Shown here: piece by piece, positions 1 through 12,900 of the stretch
How positions within the stretch are numbered: the first letter of the stretch is position 1
How the letters are laid out: each line of letters begins with the position of its first letter
Origin: Balanoglossus misakiensis
Taxonomy: Eukaryota; Animalia; Hemichordata
Length of the DNA stretch: 64,000 bases
Assembly (NCBI GenBank): GCA_040954595.2
Contig: CM082579.2
Coordinates: forward strand, 5,266,879 to 5,330,878
Reading direction: 5' to 3'
Notes under the pieces: generated by a model
The model's database searches: none
The model's input: only the letters and a program-made list of their open reading frames with translations
What the model was told of the DNA's origin: nothing
Made by a program: the position numbers and the translations under genes

Positions 1-1351
1 TCAAATTCCGCAGAGACGATAACATTTTATCCGATCACATGGAAGTTGTACAAAGGTATGCGCCGTGTGGGAAATGCATGCGTGTTCCAGTCATATCCCC
101 GGGGGGTTGGCGCTTGGAGAGTTGAACATTCAACAGCGATGTTTTCGCGCTACCGTTTTTTTTCGGTAATACCGTTTACCGATATGCGTCTCGCCATCAA
201 AAGTATCTGGTTTGAGTCACAAGATTTGTTTGTCAGTCAGTTTTCAATAAATTCAGCTACGGGAGTCTGTATAATACTTGTACTCTTTCTTCGACTTTTC
301 TCGTGAGCCAGATGTCTCTTTTCTTTGACTTAAATCATTTTCTGATCGATATATTCGATTTTTTTTATACATATTTATAACGATAAATAACATTATCCCT
401 ATAGGCAAGCTTCGGATTTCTGTCATGATGAAGCGGACAAATTACGTTCACAAATCAGGCGGGAGACACAGAGACTGATTTGGGTGATATGCACGTTAAG
501 ATTTTCTGCATTGAACCACAGTGCTCCTTCCCGTTCACGACGCTTGGCCGCATCAGAATAATATATTGTAAGACGGACATAGAAATCTTCAAAAACATTT
601 TGCATTCTTGATGACGGACGGGCTTCATGAGCTCAGCGAGCAGACAGTGGTTTGTGCTTTAAGCGCCATAAACTTCGAGACCGTTCAAAATGGCGACAGA
701 GAGCACATTTGCGACGATTCTCCGGATTAGTGTTTCGAGGCACTGGATAGGGATAGTTTTTATTGATGACGTACTTAATTTAATGCCGTCGCTTATTTCT
801 AATTGGCGACCGCCACGCGCGCACGAGTTGTGAGGTAATTGTCTGTTATATAATTTTCCACGAGCGAAGGCATCTATGCACCTTCTTATATAGTCGAACA
901 GGATCGATTCCAGTGGTGATTTGGCGTAAGAGACGGCGGAATCTGATTCGGCTCTGCGTAATAGCACCGTAATTGCGTCCGTCGATAGAGATGTGAACTG
1001 ATCGTAAAACGTGATAATCGCGCTCATGGGAGCCGTCTTGTTTATTAACCTTGTCGGTGCCCAGTATGCTTTGCGACGTTTCAGGCACAGAATATGGCAA
1101 TAATTTGACACATCAAAGTGATATGATGCGAATAAAAAAAAATATCTGGGACATGGGAATTGCATCCAATAATTTTTATAGACTCATAAAATTTCGTTGC
1201 ATAAACGGGTTATGATTTTGAGAATGATCACGCACTGATAAGGCGCTCTATGAACGTGAAATATGTCTGACGCGTACAACTTGCTTAAAATGACCCATTT
1301 AACAGGTGGTATGTACGTACGTATGCTAATTGGAAAATATCATTTACTTAC

Positions 1352-1644
1352 CATCATCTTATCGCTAATGGCGCCGTTTTTGAAGTTATCAGCTTTACTC
1401 AGAATCGAGTATTGATTACTGAGGGACGGGGACACGGAATTCCCTTCATACAGAAGGGCCAGAGAGGCGAAAGCACCGGAACTGGGCGAGGTTAGAACCA
1501 GTGTCCAGCCGCCGCCGTGTCGAGACATGTCACAGTAAACGCTCATTGCGGCCCCCTCAAAGTTGACCGTGTAGATGCCATCGGCTGGCGTTGTGCCTGT
1601 TGCCATGGAGCGGACGTAGTAGTCGTTGCAGGTGAGCGGGTAGC
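1352..1644 (-). CDS. Internal coding exon of a fibrinogen-related (fibrinogen C-terminal/intelectin-like) domain protein; gene continues beyond the left edge
   Basis: Translates (G)YPLTCNDYY...DGIYTVNFEGAAMSVYCDMSRHGGGWTLV...DKMM, containing the classic fibrinogen-domain N-terminal motif xGxY...VYCDMxxxGGGWT. Pyrimidine-rich acceptor ccactccttccag at 1645; donor GTAAGT at 1351. Confidence 0.85.
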
Positions 1645-1793
1645 CTGGAAGGAGTGGGTAGAAATTCTAGAATGCCACTCGGACAACCGAAGAAGTCATG
1701 GACTTCAGTTGGTGTATTGGCGATAACACCTACATGTAACGCAGTCAGCACTCGACTCGCATGAGGCAGGTCACTTGTGTGACCCCTGAGTGA

Positions 1794-1930
1794 CCTGACA
1801 TCCAGGTGTTTTGTTGGTATGACATCATTCATCATTCAACGTTACATACAACATTCACCCTTTTGTATTTTGTAACAGACAATATTTAAACTTTTTTTTG
1901 TTCTAGGATGAGTTAGACTGCACAGATTCA
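1794..1930. repeat. Interspersed repeat, copy 1 (second copy at 44521-44659)
   Basis: Shares colinear blocks with 44521-44659: acatcc...ttgttg(g/a)tatgaca...catcatt...acattcacccttttgta...gatgagttaga(c/g)tg...attca. Confidence 0.7.
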
Positions 1931-2348
1931 ATAGTATGGTCGACTTTTCCAGAGTTTGAACTCAAAATGGTCAACTCATACCGACCGCAGCGGAAGAAGC
2001 AGAGGCTTCTGGGTAACCGAGACTAATTGAGAGCAACTTTACGTTCGGCGAGTGCCACCTGTGAACATCCGGGGTTTTAGAGTGCAAACTGGCGGAAATC
2101 TAGTTCTCTGTCGAATGTCGAACGAACGTATAATCCAACCATTATTGAGAGTTGAATAAAACGATCGTTAAAGTAAAACTACAAGAACCAGCTTCCGTTT
2201 ACAGCCATATACAAAATGATTAAGTATATATTCGCCCACCGTGTAGTTCATAAAAAGTCGGCGAATGCATCTATACCACGGTCCGGGTATCAATTTACCG
2301 AAACAGATGTCTCACTCGATACAATGAACAGAAATCCAGTGTGCTTAC

Positions 2349-2381
2349 CCGTTACGTCTATTTCAGTCTCTGATGCTCCAC
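2349..2381 (-). CDS. Probable 33-nt phase 1-1 micro-exon of the fibrinogen-domain gene (GASETEIDVT)
   Basis: Acceptor ttttccttcag and donor GTAAGC. Its phase matches the phase-1 start of the 1352-1644 exon. Confidence 0.55.
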
Positions 2382-4310
2382 CTGAAGGAAAAAGCAAAAG
2401 TCAAAATAATATCAGAACGAAAAATATCATGTTTTATGCTGGCATATTTAAGCCACACAGAGTGACAGAGCAGCCATATGTGTTCCGTAACAATTTGAGT
2501 TAACATTCATGAGTTAACGGTTTTATATGTTGAATATGCGCGTTTGCTTCCAGGAGAAGTTTAACAAGATCGGGAGAATGCCATAACTGTCCGGCTACAA
2601 TTACGTCTGCAAGTTTACTGCTTTAGTAAAAGCAGAAACAGACGGGCGCAGTAAAATATATGGAGGTACAAAAGAATTCAAGAAAAAATACGAGACCCTG
2701 ATATGTTGACATAAAATATAAGTTTTCTGTTTAATGGAAATTTACGTGAAGGGCGAGGTGTATTTGATGTGTGCACAGCCACCGGGCAGAACGGGGCAGA
2801 AACTTGCAACCAATTCAGGCCTTCATTTCACTCAATCACTCTTGCCAACCTGAAAGTAATTGGAATTGATTGAACCACTGAATGCGCGAATGAAATCTCC
2901 CCACAGAGGTATTGTGGGGAGGTCTTAAAAACCGGCTCCGCTTTTTCAGCGCAAACGGCGTTATTCATACGTAACGTACGCACGACAGTTCATACAGAAA
3001 TCCCAGTTGCTCGTGAACAAACAACCCTAAAGGTTTCTGTTAGTCCGGTCACAGTCTGGATCGATTGTCTTTGTGCGATTGCATGTCGATATGTCCATAC
3101 TTTAAACAGAAATTCCCACTTTCTTATATGTATTCTCTCAAGAGCCGTATAATCCCAATCTCAATAATTAGTCTTCTCGCATACTAGTTCGGCTAATATA
3201 TACGTGACGTGAACAATTAACAAGATATGCTGCATCTTGGTGATCCATCCCGTTAGCAACCAAATGCAAACTACAAACAGGGCATTTAACATCCGTCTGT
3301 ACGTGACCAGGAAGATAAACGCCCAGAAGCCGGCACATGGCTTCCATACTTTCACAAATTTCTAGATTATAAACCATGATTGCAACAGCTGAGTGCTAAG
3401 CCGATATGGGACCAAATTGCAAGCGGATTAAAAGTACATATGCATTGAGTTTTTAAACTATTGCATTCATTTGGAAAAGTTATATGACTTGTCCAGTCTT
3501 TCTCGAAACAAACTTGATGTATAAATTGAACGACGACTTCAATCGGACAAGCATGCCCAAAGAAAAATGATTTATATTATTCATTCAATTTGAAACGAAA
3601 TACAGATTGAACGCGGTACTAAACCCGCTTTAAAAGTTTATAATATAACTTTATTACGGCGATGATGTCCACATTAAAATGTACCACAACAGTATCTCGA
3701 AGATGACGTCGTTTCTAATCTTACTCGGGGATCGTATTCACTTCATCGAAGAAGTTCTCATTTTCGGAGTTAACGGCTTAGGCGACAACTGACACTATTG
3801 CATACTAAATTCCTCGTTATTTGGTCGGTGTGTGTTATAAGTAATTGCTTTAAACAGTTTCGGCAATATCTTTCTTCATCCCGCGCGAGATTATATTCAC
3901 TTCTTATTGGAAGCTATTTCTTATATGAAATGTGATCATAGAGAATATATTGCTACGTCAAATAAATCAAGGGTGTATAGATGGATATTACTGAAGACCG
4001 ACAGTAGAATTATATTACCAAGTATTGACATATCTGTGTGATCTAGAAGTGAAGCAATGCGCCAACACCCCGTGCAAAACTATTCCATTATTATCAGTTG
4101 TCGAATGCGCCCAGGGATGCGCCCATATGCATAGCATTGCGGCAGAGACGTTGAGAACCCACCCTCTTTTTTTATCAAAAAGACACTAGATCTCACAAAC
4201 CGAATGTATGAAGATTATTAGTGAGGATGTTCACTTCAGTTGACATTTTGACCCCCAAAGTAATCACTGCTACTCATGAAAGATCCATTAAATATAAGCT
4301 TAGTACTTAC

Positions 4311-4359
4311 GTGCCGCAACCTGGGTGTCGGTACGGGACCAACATAATAAACACCAAAC
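4311..4359 (-). CDS. Possible upstream exon (signal-peptide-like) of the fibrinogen-domain gene
   Basis: Acceptor ccttcatttacag and donor GTAAGT. Phase-0 reading gives VWCLLCWSRTDTQVAA and ends in phase 1, compatible with the 2349-2381 exon. Reading frame and start exon are uncertain. Confidence 0.4.
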
Positions 4360-7300
4360 CTGTAAATGAAGGAAAATTAATCTTATGGTTATCTTTGTGC
4401 TGATAATACATGTACCAGGTATTTATGTTGTTGTTCTCACTCGGAGATATCCCAAATCATGACAAACGTCAGTGACAATTATTTGCATAATTCGAATAAC
4501 ATGACGTATCACGTGGCTATATACATATGTACATGTAACACCAACTTCGCTGAACAACAAGCAATTATTCATGATCAGCCACAAGGACATTATCTTAGGC
4601 GAGCTGTATACAAATTATGTCTTGATGATGCTAAAAGGTTTTCCCACGACCGTCGTGTTTTTGGAGTGTTCGCGGCTAAGCTGTTCTTAATACCCCGCAC
4701 GAGCTTCTAGCATCTTCGGCAGAATGAAGATGGATGGCCACATCTAAGTGAGCTTGTCCTGTGGACTTATCCAGCAGTGGCTGTTAAAAGTTTGCACTCA
4801 ACTGCCTAAGTACGATTATCACACACTGCACCCCAACCTGTCGCTGCCTGCAGTGCTGTCGTCACTCGTGGCCAATCGCCATTTTTCATCCAAATCGACC
4901 TTCCGCTCTACCTTTCTTCTAACAACAAACCCTGGCGAGTTTTAAAACAGAAGTAACGCACGACTGCTCTTTTAATGATTATAATCGGGTCTTTTTTTCT
5001 CTTTTACAACTGATGGGCGACTGTGTTGTGTGAAACATTACGTTTTACAGAGACGTTAGAATGAATTTAGAGATGCTAACATAATATGCCCCAGTCTCGC
5101 CGGCTCCTAAAAAGGAAAACGTAATCGAAGAATAATTTAGCAGCAGAAATGGCGCTGTGTGATTCTCTAAGGCCAGTTCCTGTGCAAGCTTTGCACAAAA
5201 TAGTGTAATATGACCTTGGAAGGTCATATCTTTTTTATGCACCTCTTCTCTTTTCTACGCGGCCTTATTGCTGTCATCGGCTCAGATGAAACAATCGATG
5301 TCATGAATTTCAGTGTACACATTTGACGGCTTAGATGAAATTGTGTGGCGAGAAATGTATTGCAGTGCACATCCGAGAAATATTCTCCCGCTGATCCCCA
5401 CATCAGTCACACAACTTCCCCATAACTTCTGTAGTTATTTTTCACCTACTGACCTTCAAAACGAAATTTGCGAGATTAGCGCTAACGTTTCACAATGGCG
5501 TTTATCCGCAGAGATGAATTGGTTTTCACGTTTAATTTGAGCTGACTGGTTACAGTAATAGTGGACGCTATGCCAACCGGGAAGTTCGACAAAGAAACGG
5601 GCGGAATACGTGCTCTAGCACACGTTATTCAATTGTCCCAGTTAGAAAGTCAGGCGTCTCGCCGACTGGTATCAAAACCTAATCAGCAAAAAAATAAATC
5701 TTAAAACTGTCCGTTGTGGTAAATTCCCCCTTTAAATCACACGCTACAGCTAGTATAGTCATACCTTAGGGATTGCATTAAACATTAGAACTTTGGAAGG
5801 GTGATTAAACGAAGATAAAAAAATGTGCAGAGATTTGTTTTAAATAAAAGTTGCTGCCAAGAAATGAACACACGTATACACTGGACAGATGGGCGGCGAT
5901 TCAAGTCAGACACCGATCAACCAGAAATCATACGTACGAACTCCAATCTTTGCAAAAACTTAGCAAGTCATTGGGCAGTTAACGGTTTTAACCGCATGGT
6001 AATTGTTCGTACACGTAGGCCAACCAGGACTGTGGCCTAACTTATAATCGATACACCCGGATGCAGAGGCTATCCCTCAGCGGATAGTCGTCTCAGCCGA
6101 CACAGTTAGTTTTTCTGATCCGCAATTCTACTAATCCGATTATCGTTTTACACTTTCCACGCGTGCGGAGACATAACAAATGCTGATATCCGCCTTTTGT
6201 AAGACCAAGTTTCATTCTCAAGACGTTGCTGGTTGCGCTTGAATAGAAATTGACTATGATTTGAGTCTAAGGCCATGTATTATCGTCATGCTGTGTCCTT
6301 AAACTGTACGCTTTCCACCTCAGTACCTCTCCACCGGGAGACTTGCACTTACTAGGAAAGTATTATATGGATGTCACAGGTAGTTATAATTAAAATGTCG
6401 CGCTGTGATCGACTCAGTGCTTTGAGACACAATATTTCAAAACTGCAAAAAAATGACTGACAGCGCCAATTTTCTGAGTCACAATTAAAGCTTTCGCAGC
6501 GTATGTGCACCACAAGTACCACTGCATACGAGTACGTTTTGTCCTTATTTTAACAAAAATAACATATTGCTTGTAGCGACGGATGTCAGCTATTCTAGAA
6601 GAGGACGACATTGCTATGGTTAATATGCTTCGGGCAATTAGCCGGCAGCCAATGTTTTGGAAACTTTCAGTTTCACACACATCTTGGCAAACGGCTTTGT
6701 GTTCTTACAGAACGTTTAATCACTGGAAAACGGTTTCTTTTACGTGAATACATCACAAGTTGGCCGTCGCTTCCGCTGTGCGAGCTGCAACGGCGTTTGG
6801 ATGAATTCTGAATGCAGACGGCGGTCGATTTTCTTAAATGGATTGCGTGAGAAGTTGACCACATGGCCACTCAGCGAAACTTCCACCGCCGCTATACTCT
6901 CAATGCCCACTTCGATGTCGAGGGACGCTTGTTACAAAAGTCCAATTGAACAGCCCCCCCCCCCCCCCCCCCCGCTGAAGGGATTCGAGCCCGGGCATTC
7001 TCCTCGCCCCCTTCAGCGCGACAAGGGCGATTCTTTCAAATGAGAGGTTTTTCCAAGAGCGGCTTCTCGAGAGAAGGGGCCGGTGATAAACTTTAATTTA
7101 TAACCAGTGATGTTGTTGAGTAATATGTTCTTGGCGTTTCCATGGACACGTGCAAGTAGAAACAGGGTCTTTAATACGATGATTGAATGGAGGGGGATGT
7201 CAGTGAACTGGAGGATTGTCTGTGTCGGCCAATGTTGAGTTTCCGAGTCGTAAAGAAGCAACAGGCAATTAAACATACACAGCTGAACCTTTATCGAAAA

Positions 7301-7945
7301 CATCTTGGCTCTGCCATTATTAAAAGATGCAAGCGTATGACGGCGATACCGCCAGGTAGTTAACGGCTGCGAAACAACATGGTTCCATAGCTCTGGCAAA
7401 TTTTAGGGTCTCGGTGCTGAAACTGTAATCGTTGTTACGTACATTTATTTCTGTGACTTAGTCTTCCGAAGCAATTTATGTGAATTAAAACGCAGAAATT
7501 ACAGTCCATTTCTTATTATGGATGTCACGTGGGACATAAATCGCAGTGTTCGATGGACAGTAATTGCCGTGTGTTAAATGTATACGTTTGCGTTGATAAA
7601 AACGAAGCATTGCTTAGATGGCATATTGTGCGCAGCCGCGTTTATCAAAAATGTAAATATGCAGTTATGACAACAATTTTAAGAGTTTGGGGAGGGGATA
7701 TGATTTATGTTTATGGAGTATATGGCAGTATCAATACGTTTCGTTTCATCAAATATGGAGGGTTTTGATTTATGCTCCATGGTAAATCGAACTGAAAGCA
7801 AGTGTATTTCTTTCGGGATACAACTTTTAACTGACTGGGCTGGAACCCACACACTCCCTCCAACACCGTGCATACGAAACACAAAAATTGGCCATGCTTC
7901 TAAATTTAAAAAGTGTCGTGCACGGCGTCATACAACCAAACGGGT

Positions 7946-7971
7946 GAACGGAACGGAACGGAACGGAACGG
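7946..7971. repeat. (GGAAC)n pentanucleotide microsatellite
   Basis: gaacggaacggaacggaacggaacgg. Confidence 0.85.
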
Positions 7972-9900
7972 TAAAGGAGAATTTGACGAAGCTGTGGAAA
8001 CCTGGTTACAAAAGAAATCGTGCTTTTACAGTGAAAGTTCTGATTCTGCTGTCGGAAAATTTCTTAAACCTGACAACACGCAATTTATACAAGTACGGTG
8101 GTGTTTGTTTAGTCAGGAGCATTTCTTAACGTAACGTAACAAAGCAACTTAACAGCACACCGAAAGGCAAGAAAATGACACTAACTAACAGCAATAAAAA
8201 GATACGTTCACCTGGCGAGCTCTTGGCACTCGGAGCTGTTTCAACCAGACTACGTCTTGGTTTTGTTCAAACGGGTATTGTTTTACGCTGTTGGTGGAAA
8301 CATGTACGTGATAATAGAAATCTGGCCTTACCAGTACATATCTGAAAATAGTCCGCGGATTTCTGCCGAGGTCTGTGTCCATCGCAATTGCCATTTCCCC
8401 CGCTGAACGTGTCGTGAGAGGCACGGTCGTCAAACACTGCCGTATGACTAATCACGCCTTCTCTGCGAGCGTCTACTCAGCATCACATATGTTTAGTAAA
8501 CCATTAGAAGCCCGCTAACTACCCAGGATGTACACTTTTAAGTAGCACGTGCGAGAGTGATACTGCATGCCTTAACAACAGCCAATGGGAACGCGCCTAC
8601 CTTATACATTACCGCGCCACATTACCGCCGAGTCAGTCTACTAAGTATTTGTCAACGGCTTCCCGAGTAGACCAAATCTCTCAAGGCGGTCTTTTACTGG
8701 CTTATGCGGCCTCTATGGCCGAGTTGATTTGATGAAGCGAATTCGCGAGTCACTTTTTTTAGGCCAGGCCGTAAACGTTGCTTGTTTTGCGCAAATTTCA
8801 CTTGTCATTTTGAACAGGTGGTTGGAAATAGAACATATCTGTCTGACAATTGCAGGAACGTACATTCCCATTCATTCTGCTCTGTTCCGTGCTTGTCACG
8901 ACCACATTTTCTTGTCCACGTTCCTGGGGGCAAAAACCAGTCTCCATTAAAATGCGGATTTTCTTTGGTTTGTCGGTATAATTGCATGATTAAAGGGCTC
9001 TGCACCGACCATTAGCGTTTAGTTATGATCTCGGGAGAGAGAACAGTCCAATTAACTTGATCGACTCTACCTCGACCGATAATTTTTGACTTTCCTCCCT
9101 CCCTTCCCAGCAAATAAACCTGACGTTTGTCACTGCGGTCGCCGTTTATTCCTTCTAGAATAAAAACCGCTGTCACATGCGGAGCAACTCCATCTGCACT
9201 ATGAGTCGTAAATGTCTCATTTTCCAGTTTAACGCGATCAAACTATATTCGTCAGCGACAACTAAACTGCCCAACGTGACATCAAAGACCTTAAACCTGT
9301 TGCACTGTGTATTCAGCAGTAAAACGTTCCAACGAAATCACATAGCATCACGTCCTCCCGACATTTCTATTAACGCCACATCTTTAAAAAAAAACTGCGT
9401 TTTATTGTAGGTTGTAATCTTATTTCTATAGGGGCAAAATATTTCGCATTATTCATAGCCTATTGAATGCATTCAACTGCTTAATTCGTATTGAAAATAT
9501 AAGCCTAGTGGAATAACATTCAGACTTTTTAAAGTAAGGTTCGCGCCCAGGTGATTTCTTCCCGGGTGTTGACACAATAATTAAAAGACTGGCCTTGAAA
9601 ATCACAGGAACTCTTTTCCGCTGAGTTTCAGACTGATTCATAGCGTCCACTGCACGTTCCATAGATTCCAAGAGTCAGGTTTTCAACTCTGCTATAACGC
9701 TTATTCTAAAATCAATAATCGCCGATGACAGATTGTACATAAACGCTAGATTGAATCAATGTACTGTAATTGTTATGCTAAGATTATGTTTATTGAAGTG
9801 TGAAATGGCCTGAACACGTTTATACTCCAGCAAGCTGTGCCAAGAATATTAAAATGTTCGCTGTTATTATTCATGTAGGTTTTGACAAAAAGAGTTTGCA

Positions 9901-9948
9901 CATCATCATCACCATCATCGTCATCATCATCATCATCATCATCATCAT
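9901..9948. repeat. (CAT)n microsatellite
   Basis: Direct inspection; it generates the spurious poly-Asp ORF 9773-10039. Confidence 0.9.
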
Positions 9949-12900
9949 CCGTATTTTTTCCGAAACAGTTGTTTACTAAATTGCCATCACCCTGAAAAAC
10001 TTCAATAAATAAATAACACATTTCCATATTTTCAAACAAGGGAGAATTAGAACTAGAACAGATGCCGTCGTGTCCTTAGACACAGGAAGCGTGCTTACTT
10101 GAGCCCAGCGTACTTATCCCCCGCTGACTGTCTGTGAATGGATGTTGCAACCTGTGGAGGAAAGCGAAGCGTAGGGCGTGTCATCATTAACCTCTGCGGG
10201 GAAAGCCATCCATTACAAGCGATTGCATCAAGTCTAATTTTAAGACAGAAATATGAGGGTAAATGTTGTGATGTGATGAACGTTAACGATCAGTTGACTG
10301 CTCTAAACGTGTTTCTATTGCGACTGCAGAAAATTAAATCCTCGCCCCAGTGAAGCTTTCAAAAAAGATTATGTTCTCGTTTGTCTTTGATTCTCGCTCT
10401 GGAGATCAACTTCTTTGAAAAACACGTGAACGAATGTAGGCCTATGCCATCATTTCCCAACCATGCAACCGGATTCGGATCAAATAATATTACATCTCGG
10501 AACGCCTGAGCTGAAACATTTGGTGCGCATAAGATTATGAACTGGGTAACTATAGTTATTACGTCGTCAGATGTTGTAACCATTTCAATTTAACTGCTCG
10601 ACGTTTTCAGCCAATTAACTACAAGTGCCGAGCGCTGCAGTCCAGCCATCCCCGGCAATGACATCAACAGATCGTCTGCAGTTGACTATATTTTTCCCCG
10701 TGGAGTTGAAGTCTCTAAGTTCTGCGAAACGGTTCGTTAAGCAAGGAGGGAAACTTGCGTAGGCATTACACAAAACGTTCACATAACAGCGTTTGGAAAA
10801 GAAACTTGGGTATCAATTTTAATTTGGACGAACGTAAGTTAGACGACAAAAACATAAGTGATATTAAAAAGCCCCATATCCACCGCGCCTGTTATAATGG
10901 GAATGCAGACCAGATACGAACCAGGGAAATCGCGTTTGCGGAAAGTAGGACAGGTTTATTTGCGACTAAAGATGCAAGCCGTGTCGACACCGAGTTGACA
11001 CCATCAGAAGGCTTTCAAACAATAATGAATTTACACGTCATCGCGACGGAGAGTTAAACTAATGGAAACGTATCGGGGGGATGTAGAATATAGCCGAGTA
11101 AATCAAGTTGGAAGCCTGCCGACTGGCATGCACAAGATGTATGGACTGTCTTCGGGGGGAGAAGCCGGACAGACCAAGACGCCGAGTTGTCTCAGTAGAA
11201 ATATCACAGTTCAGTTAGTCTGAATGAGGTGGAGGGGATGAGAGTAATCTGGGTATATGACAAAATAATGATTTACCAAGAGATGAAAACGAGACAGTCC
11301 ACTAACTGAATGAAAATGCCCGTCAGCTTCTCCTTGGAGTACTGAAGCCTGAGATGAGATGACCCTCAGCGGTTTACCAATAATGCCATCGATAACTTCA
11401 ATTTGTGCGGACGCGGGAAAAGTTTTCAACAAATCTTATAAACTGTATTGTCAGCATTGTTACCTTCACGGTCAACGGGAAAGATTTCGAGTCGTGTTTC
11501 CCAATCGATACGGCCAATCGGAAACAGAGAAACCCCCTGTTGCTGCTTGCAGTCGCAGTGGGGAATAACTAGATCTCTTTTCTAGTAACAAGGAATTTTC
11601 TTCGCTTTCCAGTTGAAAACCATTCTTGGATATTCATTCCTTTGTCAGATGAAGATTGTTCAAAACAATTACGACGCACTGGTGTTATGTTTTGAGCAAG
11701 TCTATCCACAGAAAAGATAGCAAAAAAACTAATTACTGGTCTTTTTCTGTCTCCTAATTCAATTCTGGGCACAGAAGAATACGTCGGTAACATGTGGATA
11801 AATCAGACGTGTACCCTTATTTCGCCTATTTATAAGTGCAATTGGTTTCGAATAAAAGAAACCAATCGATATATTCTATCGCTAACATTAAATTAAATGG
11901 AAAAAGCCAATTTTGGGGCGTACTGCAGAGTGATCTTCCAAGAAGTTTATTTCAGCCGTAAACCGAAATTTACCGCTTTAAATTTCTGAATGGATATACC
12001 CTTTCCCCTTTCCGTTGTAAAAGATGTGTTCTTGATTAGTTTGTGTCAAAGGTACACAGTCACATATGCAAATTTAGCCAATTACCATGGAAAGTTGATA
12101 TCCCAGCCAATCACATACTTCGTGCGTTGCTAAGATACATGTAAGGAAACCCCCGACCACACGATTGGCTTTCACGTCGGTTTAATACACGGAAGAAGTA
12201 ATACCGGCTGTTTGTTGCAAGTCGATATCCCGTGCCTTTCGGCTTTCCCCCATGGACCTGGGAACGAGCCCGATCCACAAGCGACCTTTACAAAACTGGT
12301 CCCCACCAGCTCTCCCATTAAGAGCAACTTTTGCGACAAAATTGTGAGATATGTTCCCAATTCCGTGGTCTAATTAGATAATGTAGTAAAAATAATGCGA
12401 AGTTATTATTTATAGCTTTGACGCAAATGCGCTGTTAGCGGAGATGATTATACTGAAATGTGTGGAAGCATATTGTACGGAAGCATATTAGCCCCTGAAT
12501 GGCCCTTATCATGTTCTTGTCGTCTTAAAAGGACAAGACCGGAACGGGACTTGCAGACTAGGCTCCGTGGGCTGGTTTGGAGCCGTTTCTACTTGATAAA
12601 TACGCAGAATTGTGAGCTGGCCCATGGCAAGTCGGCCATGACCCACATTTTGAAAAGAGGATAGTAGAGCACATCACAAAAAGTTGACTTGAACTTTAAA
12701 GGTATACAGTCCCCTCTATACTTATACATATGCCTACAATGTTTTACCCATTGTATCCTCGGGACGATTCATGAAAAGTTTTTGTAATAACGGTTCGATA
12801 ATCACGATAATACGTAAATTATGGGAACCGTAGGATGTACTAGCTTAGGGGTGAACTTACAATGCTTTGTTTGCCAACTCATGCAATGCTAAAGAACACT

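Noticed and set aside
659-1165. 168-aa minus-strand ORF
   Set aside because: No recognisable motif and no convincing splice signals linking it to the fibrinogen-domain exon; probably chance or decayed repeat sequence.
6975-7010. tRNA gene (B-box-like gggctcgaatccc on the minus strand)
   Set aside because: No A-box, anticodon arm or cloverleaf can be built; at most a SINE-like remnant.
8830-8885. LTIAGTYIPIH resembling the Harbinger transposase motif GAIDGTHIPI
   Set aside because: The catalytic Asp is missing and no further DDE motifs follow; too weak to call.
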